Positions 40,921 to 53,898 of a DNA stretch of 64,000 nucleotides are shown in pieces. The stretch comes from Eledone cirrhosa (taxonomy: Eukaryota), in contig OZ024741.1 of NCBI GenBank assembly GCA_964016885.1, forward strand, positions 176,824,001 through 176,888,000, given 5' to 3'. Positions within the stretch are counted from its first letter, which is position 1. Every line of letters begins with the position of its first letter. Both the position numbers and the translations under genes were made by a program. Under the pieces are notes generated by a model that was not told where the DNA came from, searched no databases, and saw only the letters and a list, made by a program, of their open reading frames with translations.

Positions 40921-41960
40921 ATAAATGGAAAAAATGAAACGAAATTTCATTTCTCACTCTTAGTACGGCTGTTACTTAAATATAAGTATGTATCGGTACA
41001 TACATATATGTATACAGACGTACAGTAGTATGTATAAATATATACATACATGCACACATATATATATGTACGTATGGATTTACCGAACATTTATTATAAT
41101 GTTCGGTTTGTTTGTAAACAAACCTCCCGAATTAAGCCGTACAGTGTTTAGCAACCATCGTTGCCCTTTTGTTCAACACTGACAAAGGAACGATGTACTA
41201 GTTTCAAGCTTATTAGCTATCGTGAGCACCGTATACCTTCCTGCCAGATGATTGAACGTCTGAAAGTATATACTTTCCTTATGTAAATTAACGGCTGTGC
41301 AGCTTAATTTGCATATCGAGTGATTTAATCGGCCGGGCGCACCGAAAAGGATAAATGGAAAAAATGAAACGAAATTTCAATTCATCCATACGTACATATA
41401 TATATATATGTGTGCATGTATGTATATATATATATACATGCACACACATATATATATATATATGTATGTATATATACATACTACTGTACGTTTGTATACA
41501 TATATGTATGTACGTATACATACTTATATTTAAGTCACAACCGTACTAAGAGTGAGAAATGAAATTTCGTTTCATTTTTTCCATTTATCGTTTTCGGTGC
41601 CCCCAACCGATTAACTCACTCGATATGCAAATTAGGCTGCTCAGCCGTTAATATGCATAAGGAAAGTATCTACTTTCAGACGTGCAATCATCTGGCAGGA
41701 AGGTATACGGTGCTGATCATAGCTAATAAGCTTGAAACTAGTACATCGTTCCTTAGTCAGTGTTGAACAAAAGGGCAACGATTGTTGCTAAACACTGTAC
41801 GGCTTAATTCGGGATGTTTATTTACAAACAAACCGAACATTATCATAAATGTTCGGTAAATCCATACGTACATGTATATAAATATGTGTGCATGTATGTA
41901 TATATATATATATACATACTACGGTACGTCTGTATACATATATGTATTTACGTATACATA
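40921..41960. repeat. About 430-bp unit, partial tandem plus inverted copy, with two degenerate HHRs
   Basis: ATAAATGGAAAAAATGAAACGAAATTTCA at 40921 and 41351; 41383-41960 is the reverse complement. HHRs at 41708-41748 (+, CUGAUcA) and 41191-41231 (-, CUcACGA). Confidence 0.85.
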
Positions 41961-41967
41961 CGTATAT

Positions 41968-42068
<101 letters not shown>

Positions 42069-42283
42069 TATATATTTATGTATACATATATCTAGTGGCA
42101 TTGTTGAAATGTGAAGGCACGTGTTTGGAATTCGCATTACTTAACCAAACAGGTGAGGCTCTAGAGTAACAAAGTTCACTATTTACCCTTAATAAAATGA
42201 ATATGTAAAATGTACTGCGGAATCTCAGCCGTCAACCAGATACGTATATATTTACATACATGTATATATATATACATACACAC

Positions 42284-42349
<66 letters not shown>

Positions 42350-42416
42350 GTGTGTATGTATATATATATACATGTATGCATATATATATACGTATATATA
42401 TATATATATATATATA

Positions 42417-43704
42417 TAGATAATTTAATATATCAACTAACATAAGCGCACAGATGCACGCCCATGCCAGCAAATACACAGGTTATGTCATAGTACCTAG
42501 GTGGTTCAATGCAGGAGAATGCAGAACAATAATATAAAGGACGTAAAATAAGAAAATATTTTTTTAAAAAAATTAAAAAAAAATTTTTTTCTTACTTAAA
42601 TTTTCACTCCAACTAATTAGTTTCTGCAATGGGATAAAGACAGTTATGTAATCCAACTGTCGAGAATTCATTGCGTCATCAGGAAGTCTATTCTCAGTTA
42701 AGTCTCCAGGCAATGCGCGGACACTGGCGGCTCATATAAAAATAATAATAATTCGGTAGATCGAACAGCTTGCGAGGACTGGATTCTATGTACCGAAATT
42801 CTCACTGCTTCAAGTCAAATGGCCGATTCTAAAGAATCAATCACGTGACACAGAGGCTAGTTAGAAGGAATGGGATGGTAAGATGACTGACGCCTACTAA
42901 CACCCCAAAAAAAATTTTTTTAGAAGTGGTTTTGACAAGTTTGCTCGACAAATCAGTGATTTGGAGATAAATATAGATAATTTAATATATCAACTAACAT
43001 AAGCGCACAGATGCACGCCCATGCCAGCAAATACACAGGTTATGTCATAGTACCTAGGTGGTTCAATGCAGGAGAATGCAGAACAATAATATAAAGGACG
43101 TAAAATAAGAAAATATTTTTTTTAAAAAATTTAAAAAAAATTTTTTTCTTACTTAAATTTTCACTCCAACTAATTAGATTCTGCAATGGGATAAAGACAG
43201 TTATGTAATCCAACTGTCGAGAATTCATTGCGTCATCAGGAAGTCTATTCTCAGTTAAGTCTCCAGGCAATGAGCGGACACTGGCGGCTCATATAAAAAT
43301 AATAATAATTCGGTAGATCGAACAGCTTGCGAGGACTGGATTCTATGTACCGACATTCTCACTGCTTCAAGTCAAATGGCCGATTCTAAAGAATCAATCA
43401 CGTGACACAGAGGCTAGTTAGAAGGAATGGGATGGTAAGATGACTGACGCCTACTAACACCCCAAAAAAAATTTTTTTAGAAGTGGTTTTGACAAGTTTG
43501 CTCGACAAATCAGTGATTTGGAGATAAATATAGATAATTTAATATATCAACTAACATAAGCGCACAGATGCACGCCCATGCCAGCAAATACACAGGTTAT
43601 GTCATAGTACCTAGGTGGTTCAATGCAGGAGAATGCAGAACAATAATATAAAGGACGTAAAATAAGAAAATATTTTTTTAAAAAAATTTAATAAAAATTT
43701 TTTT

Positions 43705-43709
<5 letters not shown>
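42417..43709 (-). repeat. 557-bp head-to-tail tandem repeat (about 2.3 copies), retrozyme/pLTR-like
   Basis: TAATTTAATATATCAACTAAC at 42421, 42978 and 43535; copies are near-identical, lack an ORF and are flanked by (TA)n. Confidence 0.9.
42606..42687 (-). ncRNA. Type I hammerhead motif; second copy at 43163-43244 has GAAA changed to GAAU
   Basis: acuuc-CUGAUGA-c gcaaug[gacaguu/aacuguc hairpin]cauugc a-GAAA-CuaauuaG-UU-ggagu. Confidence 0.75.
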
Positions 43710-43756
<47 letters not shown>

Positions 43757-43760
43757 TATA

Positions 43761-43836
<76 letters not shown>

Positions 43837-43840
43837 TATA

Positions 43841-43887
<47 letters not shown>

Positions 43888-43893
<6 letters not shown>

Positions 43894-44240
43894 ATACTTT
43901 GGGAGGGTCATGTTGCCAATAAGAAACACACGCACCAGTTGCTTTCACTTCAATTTAATTTAATATATATTGGCGTAATATATAAAATGGCGTAGGATAG
44001 AAGAAAGGAAAGGCACAGAAACGAAGAAAGAAATCCCCAGTCACTGAAGAGGTCACAGAGTGTGTGACGAAAGAACTATGACTATATATATATAAACAAC
44101 TATCTGGTTGTGGAACCAACCAACCAACCAGAAATTTATAAATTTGTAAATTTATAAATATATATTAAATTAAATTGAAGTGAAAGCAACTGGTGCGTGT
44201 GTTTCTTATTGGCAACATGACCCTCCCAAAGTATAACAAT
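43888..44240 (+). mobile_element. Non-autonomous PLE pLTR with about 80-bp terminal inverted repeats
   Basis: 43888-43968 is the reverse complement of 44158-44240; the body is homologous to the pLTR at 54775-55025. Confidence 0.85.
44039..44083 (+). ncRNA. Type I minimal hammerhead motif
   Basis: aguca-CUGAAGA-g gucac..gugac-GAAA-GaaC-UA-ugacu; perfect 5-bp helix I. Confidence 0.8.
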
Positions 44241-44296
44241 ATCGGTTTCAACACACGATTTCAGATAAAGAATCTTGCTAAACAAATTCAGAAACG

Positions 44297-44339
<43 letters not shown>

Positions 44340-44428
44340 GTGAAAGAATGAAGAGTAACCTGGTTGTTTGTACAACAAGGGGCTCTATTTCAGGTATTTA
44401 AAATTGTCTCATTGATCAGGTGAATCTA

Positions 44429-46119
44429 GAGTACACATGTTGTTGAGTTGTTTAACCTTTTCAATACTCTGATATGCCCAGTTCCTGGTTGGGTTGTTAT
44501 TTCACTGAGGAACTGGAATCATATGAATATAAACAAACGAATTTCACCGTCAAATGACATCTTCTGCTCCCATTGGTCAGTTGTGAGAACATTCCTCAGT
44601 CAAAAGTCTATAGAAATTCTTTCTGGGGTGAGGCTAGCCGTAGAGTTGGTTTTTGCTATTATTAAGTACATCTGATCTCTACCCTTATTTTGGTAGTGGT
44701 GTTGGTGCTGCGGTCAGCCTAGGCCTTGCTGCTGCTGACATTTAGAAGTATCTGTGTATTTTTTTTCATCCATCCTGCCACCATTTCTCGTGGTGTTGAT
44801 GGTGGGGGTGGGGTTGTGCCATGCATATGAAGAAATAGAAAGCAATAAAGTGAAGAAAATAGAAAATAAATGAAAAATAAAAAAAATGAAGATTCAAATA
44901 AAATAAAATGTGTGTGTGTTATAACCAATCTCAAAGTTAGAAAGATGTTGGCCAAATTAGAAAGGCTGTTTCAGAATCAATACCCAGGCTATCACGGTGT
45001 CTGCTCAACCTGGGTTGGTCCCTATGGCTTGAGGGTTGTTACTGCCCATATAGCTTGAGGGAGGTCCGGCCAAGAGGTGTCTACATGTTCTGGAGGAGTC
45101 CCTATAGCTTGAGGGGAGTTCACATCTCAGTGTGTTGTTACTGTCCATATAGCTTGAGGAAGGTCCCGGCTCTGAGGTGTCTGCATGTCCCGAAGAAGTC
45201 GGTTCTGAGGTTTATCAGGTGGCTTCCACCTCTTAGTATCTCGAGGGTCTCGTTCAGACATAGTTTGCATATGCCAGATCCCCCTTTACCAGGTGGTACT
45301 TTCGTGATTATGGACCAGGCCAGAGAGTACGAGGTCATGTCCAGCTTGAGCTTCCAGATCAGGTCGGAAAGAGCCGTACTTTTCTTTTTGACCTCCTTAT
45401 TGAAGGAATGGCGATGGTTATACCAATGGTATTTAAAGCTCGTTGATGTGACTCCTATGTAGAGGTGTTCGGAGTTGGGGTTTTAACCCTACATCCGTAT
45501 ATTGGGTTCTTCATAAGGTAGCCTCACCCCAGAAATAATTTCTATAGGTTTTTGACTGAGGAATGCTCTCACAACTGACCAATGGGAGGAGAGACCTTTC
45601 AAATCTTTCTAACTTTGAGATTGGGTATAACACACACATTTTATTTGATTATCTTATTTCATTTTATTCTTTTACCATCTTATTCCTTCTATCACTTTAT
45701 AATTTTTTTAGCTGACTCTAACACCAACACCACTGCCAACATAAGAGTAGAGGTCAGATGTACTTAACAATAACAAGAAGAACCACTACAGATTGCCTCG
45801 CCTCAGAACGAATGTCTATAGACTTTGGACTGAGGAATGTTATCACAGCTGACCAATGGGGGAGATGTCCTTTGACGCTGAAATTCGTTTGTTTAAATTC
45901 ATATGATTCCAGTTCCTCAGTGAAATAACAACCCAACCAGGAACTGGGCATATCAGAGTATTGACAAAGTTAAACACCTCAACAACATGTGTACTCATCT
46001 CTACCACACTAATTCGGACTGCCTGAAGATGTCACAGCCAAAGATGGCTGTCACCGAAATATATATAGCAGTAATAAACGAAGCCACATTTTAAATATTT
46101 GACTCATTTATTTTAGTTT

Positions 46120-46125
<6 letters not shown>
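44429..46125 (-). mobile_element. Penelope-like element 3' fragment (GIY-YIG) with an inverted pLTR upstream
   Basis: Minus strand about 45505-45138: IYGCRV..(frameshift)..YIGVTSTSFK..YNHRHSF..STALS..W..CKLCLNE..CRH. 44429-44718 is inverted at 45711-45996; further inverted pieces at 45519-45700. Confidence 0.8.
46018..46072 (+). ncRNA. Type I hammerhead motif followed by AATAAA
   Basis: acugc-CUGAAGA-..acagcca/uggcugu..-GAAA-UauauA-UA-gcagu. Confidence 0.8.
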
Positions 46126-46211
<86 letters not shown>

Positions 46212-46389
46212 GAAACACAAGATAAGTCAATAGATTATAATTTATTTAACTTATTCATTATACAATAGTTGATATATATTTTAACAATTACTGTTATGCA
46301 GCAGTTATGTCCTCATCAGACAGCTAATGTACAGAAAAGAACATGAAGAAAAAAATTCTCCTGTTTCAATTCATTGATATGTCCTGGGC

Positions 46390-46700
46390 TGATCATTCGT
46401 GTTGCTGTCTCAAAGCATCGGTGACATGACTGAGAATAACCAGCTTTGCAGCATCAACACAAAGGCTATACAAGCTTCCAACATTTTGGTCAGAAGTCGT
46501 TCCACCATAATATCATCCAGCCATTGTGAATTCCTTAGTTGCGCCATGGTCTGAGAACCAGGCCATTCACTGTTGCTCAGGAACCAGGCCATTCCCTGGT
46601 GCTTTGGTAGTAGTAGTTAACCTTTGAAATATGTTGCTGTGGCAGATTGATTTGTCTGCAGCAACAAAAATATCAGTCCATGCAGCATCGACGATACCTT
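46390..46700 (-). pseudogene. Possible Academ-like DNA transposase C-terminal remnant
   Basis: Fragments QQHISKVNYYYQSTREW, NGW and LC*CCKAG..C..C resemble the H..R..YQ...W, GW and Cys-rich tail pattern; heavily decayed. Confidence 0.3.
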
Positions 46701-47164
46701 ATTTAAATATGAGGGGGTAGCGTTACCTGGCTTAAGTTAGCGTAGTAGTAGTGATAGTAGTGATAATATAAAATAACATAACCAGTCTACTCAGGATGTA
46801 AAATACATGTTCAATGATAACAACTGTTTAAATAAATGAACGATAACATAGAATTTGTGTAAACAGGAGAGGGGGCAGGAATGTATGTTGGGTGTTCCAA
46901 ATAGGTGGGTGGAATATCTGAGGAAATGCATGTAGTAAGAAACAGCCCACTAAGAGTTGAGTGTGACTCTGGGATGTAGTGAGAGATTACTTGAGAAAAA
47001 GAAATAGACACAGGAGGCGGTGTACGTCCATCTAGAAACCAGGAGGCAGGGTTACTAAACATATAGCGTGAGGAAAGTTCCAATCCTTTGGTGTAGTCAA
47101 GAATTCAACATTTTTATTAATTATTTGCGTTGCTTCACTTATATATATTACGAAGGATATTTTT

Positions 47165-48790
47165 CTTCTCTTCTTTTCTTCACCCACTTATTCCTGAGAG
47201 GGTCGTAGGGGCTGAGTCCTCACACATTCCCTCCAACGGGTCCTGTCAGAAGCAACCATCTACAACTGTTCTGGTCGGATCCCCAAGCATAACCAACCAA
47301 GCTGATGAATATATCTACCTGCTTCAATGGAACACCATTCATATATAGTAACTCAGTTACCACAGCACTGAATTTCATTCCTTCCATGCAGCACTCGGCC
47401 TCAAACCTATCAAGTGCAAGATTACATTCTGTCGAATTGAGTAATACCATATCGTCTGCAAATTTGAGCTGGTGGTGATTTAACATCCCCCAGTCATGAT
47501 CCGAATTCCAACACTGCTGTGCATGTCAATCCTGTTCGTGCAAATAATGAACATAAGAGGTGACAGTACCCAACCTATGCAGAGTCCGACTCCCACATTG
47601 AATGGTTTCGATTTAGCAACATTTATCCGAACCCAAATACTCCGGCATTCGTATACAGACATCAGGACACATCAATCCCATAATCCTGCACAAACTTCTA
47701 CCACAGCATCTCCCAAGGAACGCGATCAGGTGCCTTCTCAAGGTCGACAAAACAAAATATACTTCTTGGCAATACTCCCACGATTTCTCGAATACCTGCC
47801 GCAGTGTGAATATTTGGTCGACTGTCTGCGCCAGGGCGAAAACGACACATCATCAGCTAGCTTGACGTCGACTATCTCACTGCATCTCCTTGCCAGACGC
47901 TTAATATAGACTTTACAGGGGCGGCTTAACAAGGATATCCCTCTGTAATAGGAAAAATCTCTTTTGCCTCCCTTTTTGAAAATTGGGATTATCACTCCCG
48001 ATTGCCATTGCTCAGGTGCTCTTCCAGAAGTCCAGGCCACTCGGCACAAACGAGTCAGCCAAAGAATATCTTCTCTATTTAAGGCTTTTAAAAGATGTCA
48101 TTTTCCCCAGCTGACTTTGCCACATTTGAGCGCTTTGACTGTTCTTGCGTTCTAAGCCTCCAATATATTAGTCACTCTTCCCATATGCATCTCGTGTACA
48201 TCCAATGTTGCTGTTGTGATCGGGTTTAGAAGACCAGCAAAGAATCCTCTCCACCTCGTGAGGATGAACCTCTCTGAAGAATGGAGAACCCCACAAGCAG
48301 TCTTAATAACAGGTGTGTAGGAGGGGTTTTATTACGAAGTCGGCGGATGGTCTGCCAGAACACTTTATTTGGTGATCTGAAGTCGGATTCCAGCTTAACG
48401 CCAAAGTCTTCCCACGTCTTAACTTTGGGCGCTTTTACTGTCCCTGTTGCGATTTTTCGTGCCTGCTTGTACCGCAAGTGTAAGAAGATCTTATTTCCAA
48501 CCCAAGCTCATTAAACCTCCTCCTTTAACCGGATGGCATTGTTTGACCTCTTGATTGAATCAAGAAGTCTTCCTGCCATTCTGCTCACACCATATATCTT
48601 TTGCCCGCAGTATTTAACAGCTGAGGCAGAAACTGCTGAGCTGAACAATCTCAACTCCGTCTCAATGACCACAGTTTGCTCAAGTAGTTCTCTGAATTTG
48701 AATACAAACGGTCCTGACTTCCTATCCACCAATACTTCCCACTTTACCCTGTAAGCCGCACTGTACCTGCCAGATCCTGTTATAGATCGG
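47165..48790 (-). mobile_element. Decayed RTE-clade (Expander/Rex3-like) LINE
   Basis: WEDFG..LE..F....K.FWQTIRRLR, PEQWQSGVIIPIFKKG..YRGISLLS, VGL..G.VLSPLMF, FADDMVLL. Confidence 0.8.
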
Positions 48791-49099
48791 GATGCGACCA
48801 CTATCAGGTAATCAATAAGTTGGTAGGGTATATCTCTATTTAATTTATTATAAAAATGACTTCTACAAACTTTAAACTGTTTCATCCGTAAGAAACCATC
48901 AGTAAAGTCAGATAATGATTTTTACTTTAGGCATAAGGCAAACAATTTACCCAGTGCATTACGGTATTTTATTTTATCGACCCCATAAGTATGAAAGACA
49001 GATAATGTTTGTCAGCTTCATTACTTATAGTTTCTTTGGAATGTGTGTATTTGGTGGGGGGTGGGGTTAAAGAGGAGGTGATTTGAAGAAGGGGGTAGA

Positions 49100-49245
49100 A
49101 GAAGAAAAAAAAAAGAAGACGACGACAACGAGGAGGAGGAGGAGAACAGAAGAGGAGGTAAGAAGAAGAAGAAAAAGTAGAAGAATAAGAAGAAAAAAAG
49201 AAGAGGGGGAAGGAAGAAGAATAATAATAAGAAGAAGAAGAAGAA

Positions 49246-49276
<31 letters not shown>

Positions 49277-49380
49277 AAGAAGAAGAAGAAGAAGAAGAAG
49301 AAGAAGAAGAAGAAGAAGAAGAAGAAGAAGAAGAAGAAGAAGAAGAAGAAGAAGAAGAAGAAGAAGAAGAAGAAGAAGAA
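49100..49380. repeat. (GAA)n purine tract
   Basis: Direct reading; pure GAA run at about 49248-49380. Confidence 0.95.
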
Positions 49381-49680
49381 TGTGGATGTAAAATGAAAGA
49401 CGTAGTTGAAGGCGGTGACATGAATAAGAAGCGGAATGTGGGAGTGGGGGAAATAGATTAAGAATGGACTTTTCAGATCCTATTCGTTTTTTATAGTTTA
49501 AGATTTCACGCTACGCATGGTTGGTTTTTACTTCCAATAGTCAGTTTTTTACAAAAACCCTGTATATATATCTAGGTATACACATACCTAGATATATGTA
49601 CATACACACCTACATAAATATACATACACTATATATACACTTTTATGTTCCACAAACATAAACACAAATTACATAAATAA

Positions 49681-50263
49681 TTGTTTCTACTTTTGACACA
49701 GGCCAGCGATTAACCAGTACATTACTGGTACTTTATTTTATCGACCCACAAGGATGAAAGGTAAAGCTAACCTCGGCGGGATTTGTACTCAGATCGTAAA
49801 GGGACGTAACTACGCAGGTATGCATGTCTGACCCTCTACCAATATTGCCAATTCACACCAAACCACATAAATAATTGTTTCTACTGTTGGCACAAGGCCA
49901 GCAATTAACCAGTGTATTACTGGTACTTTATTTTATCGACCCCCGTAAGGGTGAAAAGTAATTGTTTCTACTTTAGGCACAAGGCCAGCAATTAACCAGT
50001 GCATTACTGGTACTTTATTTTATCGACCCCGTAAGGATGAAAGGCAAAGTTAACCTCGGCGGGATTTGAACTCGATCGTAAATGACGTAACTATGCTGGA
50101 AAGCATGGCGTCCGACACTCTACCGATACTGCCAGAAAAATAATGGTTTCTAATTTAGGAACAAGATCAACAATTTTGGGAGAAGGGAAAAATCGATTAA
50201 ATCGACCAGTGCATTACTGGCACATTAACTGTTCGACCTCCGTAAGGATGAAAGCAAAGTTAA
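49681..50263 (-). mobile_element. Tandem array of four SINE copies or fragments
   Basis: Copies at about 49681-49857, 49877-49960 (3' part), 49963-50133 and 50143-50263 (older subfamily). Confidence 0.85.
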
Positions 50264-50543
50264 CAAATCGGGTCTTTTCTATACACATCTCACAAAGTAG
50301 TAACTAGCTATTTGTGCAAGGAAGGCGTCGAGATAAAACCCCATTGTGCTAAATTATACGTGAAGCAGAAGAGCAGATATTTCACGGTACTGATCGTACA
50401 GAACGCTAAAACCAACAGCCATATGGTAACTCTACAGATTAAAAATGTAGAGGTTTAATCTATAAGGTTTAATCTATAGATATAATATATATATATATTG
50501 ACTGTTACTCAACAAATAAAGGTAAATGAACATTAAACTCAGA

Positions 50544-50608
<65 letters not shown>

Positions 50609-50614
<6 letters not shown>

Positions 50615-51835
50615 ATACTTATGTAGGGCCATATTGCCAGAATTAGTAACAGAACACACTCACTGTTTGGTTGGTTTTCGCTTCTTTATTTTTTATAACA
50701 GTTAAATCATTCGGTCCTCAATGTTTACCATTGACTGACCAACGGTCAAAAATACAGATATAATATAGACACAAACACATATATATAGTCTAACAAAGTT
50801 CTTTCGTTGCACATCTGCAACACCGTCAGTGGTGATATTATGTTCCCCCTATTGTATTGTATATCTACGACATCTTTATTTAATCTGTTTATTTATTTAT
50901 TTATTTATTTTTGTCTTCTTCTCTGCGCTTGCGTTTGCGTGTGTGTATAGTGTTTGATGTGTGTTCGCGTTTGGGTGACTGTGTTTTGGTTATTGTATCT
51001 TAGATTACTAGTGTGTGTTTATGCGTTTGTTGTTATTGCGCTTGTGTATATACTTATTTATTTATTTATTTATAAGTTCTATTTCACTGGCCTCTCTGGT
51101 TTGCCTATCTGCTGGGTATTTCTATGTTTAGATATTATTCTAACTTCTATGTCGTCTATGTTACCGTCATGTTTTCTGACGTGTTCGTATAGGACTGGAC
51201 CGTTTTTTCGTCCTTTTAGTTCCCCCCAGTGTTGGTCTATCCTTTCACCTATGCTACGAGCAGTCTCGCCTATGTATGTTGTCATGTTTCTGCAAGTACC
51301 CTCTGTACATCTTATTCTATAGACTACTTTGCTAGTTTTACAGTTTATCCGGGGGTTTACCTTACATATAATGCATTTCCTATTAGTACAATGCGTTTTC
51401 TTAAAAGGGTATGTTTTGCTGATCAGGGATTTTATGGTAGTTCCTGGCTTTTCTACCACCTTAATCTTTAAGTGGGTCTTTCTCAGGGCCTTTCTACACT
51501 GGTTAGCTAATTTCCCTCCAGGGGTAGCATCCACGAACATGATGCTCTGGTATCTCTGGTTGTTGTGCCATGAGGTGGCTTTCCCTATCTTATGTTTAGT
51601 CCTATCTAAGCTATTCCATGATTTGCTCCTGTATAATGGGCAAATTCCTTTCATGTCGAGTTCTATGAGGGTCTTATACTTCTCTGTGGCTCCTTCGTAT
51701 ACTCTGACTCTGTCTCTTTGGTTGTAGCCAGAGAAATGCATGCGGTTGATGAAGTGTTGGATGTGACTTTCCATTTCTGTTGGGTCGCACATGCGGGACA
51801 CATTCTTCATCACTGGTACCAAGTCTGTGATCATA
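50609..51835 (-). mobile_element. Penelope-like element 3' fragment (RT thumb, Cys linker, GIY-YIG) plus pLTR with degenerate HHR at 50791-50833
   Basis: ORF 51079-51834: SGYN, C..C..C, VVYRIRC..C..YIGETARSIGERIDQH. pLTR ends in ATAACAAT; (TA)n on both sides. Confidence 0.88.
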
Positions 51836-52062
51836 TATATATATATTCTCGAATGGCCAAGTGTTCGCGTCAGGAAACCATGTGTCTGAGTCTGGAAGTA
51901 TTTACTTTTTAAATGTTAATGTTGGCTATGCGCCAAACTACGTTTGGTGTAGTGTTGTATGAAAGTCTAATGGTGTACCAATTTAGGGCGGAGAGTTTCC
52001 TGGTGTGGAGACTGCTCAGTAAAATGGGGTTTATTACAACTTATGATACCATACATATATGA

Positions 52063-52428
52063 CAGTATCAGTAGATGGTTGGACGCCATGCTTTCTAGCA
52101 TAGTTACGTCCCTTTACGGTTTGAGTTCAAATCCCGTCGAGGTTAACTTTGCCTTTCATCCTTACGGGGTCGATAAAATAAAGTACCAGTAATGTACTGG
52201 GTAAATTCTGGCCTTGTGCCACAAGTAGAAACAATTATTTAAGGCGGTGTTTTGGCAGTGTTGGTAGAGCGCCGGATGCCATGCTTTGACGCAGAGAGTT
52301 ACGTCCCTCTCCATTCTGAGTTCAAATCCCGCCAAGGTTGACTTTGCCTTTCATCCTTACGGGTTCGATAACATAAAGTACCAGTAATACACTGGGTGAT
52401 TGCTGGCTTGTGCCAAAAGTAGTAACAA
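52063..52428 (+). mobile_element. Two SINEs head-to-tail
   Basis: About 52063-52238 and 52243-52428; each has the B-box GAGTTCAAATCCC. Confidence 0.85.
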
Positions 52429-53069
52429 TATATATATATATATATATACATATATTATATTCAAATGTATACTTAATTAGATTTTAAGCGCATTTCACAA
52501 AGGGATACTCTAATACAGGCAATATATTTTATATTCCTGAATAACTATGTATTGATAATTATAACCTGCATTTTTACCGAAACATAAACAATTTAAAGGG
52601 AATTTTTTTCTAGATATAATCACCAGATTGATTTTAGATAATTGGTTGTGGTTCTCTTTATCTTTCATGCTTGATGATTACTGAGGTTTTATTATTTTTT
52701 CATTAATGATTTAAGTAATTAGGAGACATTAAAATTGGAACATACATTTAGTGTATAGTTATTTTATGCATAAACGTATTATTTTAAATTAAATTTAAAT
52801 ATGATAATCAAAATATATTTTCTCGTATATTTTTTTTTAGATCTGTCTCGTGTACAATGTAAGATACATGCATATACATATATATATATATAAATATAAT
52901 TTTAGTGAAACGCAATATCCGAGTTATGCTGGCAAACGCTCATTGGATCAAATACAGACCAGAGCAATAAACATAGGTTAGAAAGGCCAAACAAACTGAG
53001 ATGGTGGTCAAGAAGCCATCAACCACCACTATATATATATATATAGACATTAATATATATATATATATA

Positions 53070-53192
<123 letters not shown>

Positions 53193-53813
53193 GTACATAT
53201 ATATATATATACATAGTGTGTCTGCGCATGTAGGCGTACGTGTGTGTATCCATAAATCTGTCTGTGTCTGCATATGTGTGTATATGTGTGTGTGTATATT
53301 AGTATGTGTGGGTGCTTACACTGAAGTGTGAACAGACGTTAGAGATACTGAACCCAGCATGACTCCATCGAAACGTGTCGGACGGAAAATATCTGATACC
53401 CCGTGTGGCAGTAAATACTGACCAGAACTTTTGATGACGTGGAGTAAAAACATACAATGGCATGACAAGAGTGGAAGTAGGGCTTTTAGAGGGTGTTTTT
53501 TGATGAAACACCCCAGAGATAAAATTTCCTCCAAACGAAACACCCGTGTCTGAAAGAAACTGCAGAAGTAGAATCAGCTAGATCCTTACAAGGACCATGT
53601 CGCGAGCTACCTGCCGGCGAAACAATTATAACAGGCAATAAATTTAGTCCAGATGCATCACTGATGTTTCGTTTTCTTTATACTATATATATATATATTA
53701 AAATAACAGTATAAGTGTAAGTATACAGTTTTAGTCTTGACATTAATTATGGTGGATTGTCAGTATCGGTAGCGGGTCGGACGCCATGCTTTGACACATA
53801 CAGTTACAGCCCT

Positions 53814-53896
<83 letters not shown>

Positions 53897-53898
<2 letters not shown>

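Noticed and set aside
48969-49421. Poly-Ser / poly-Arg ORFs
   Set aside because: (GAA)n artefact.
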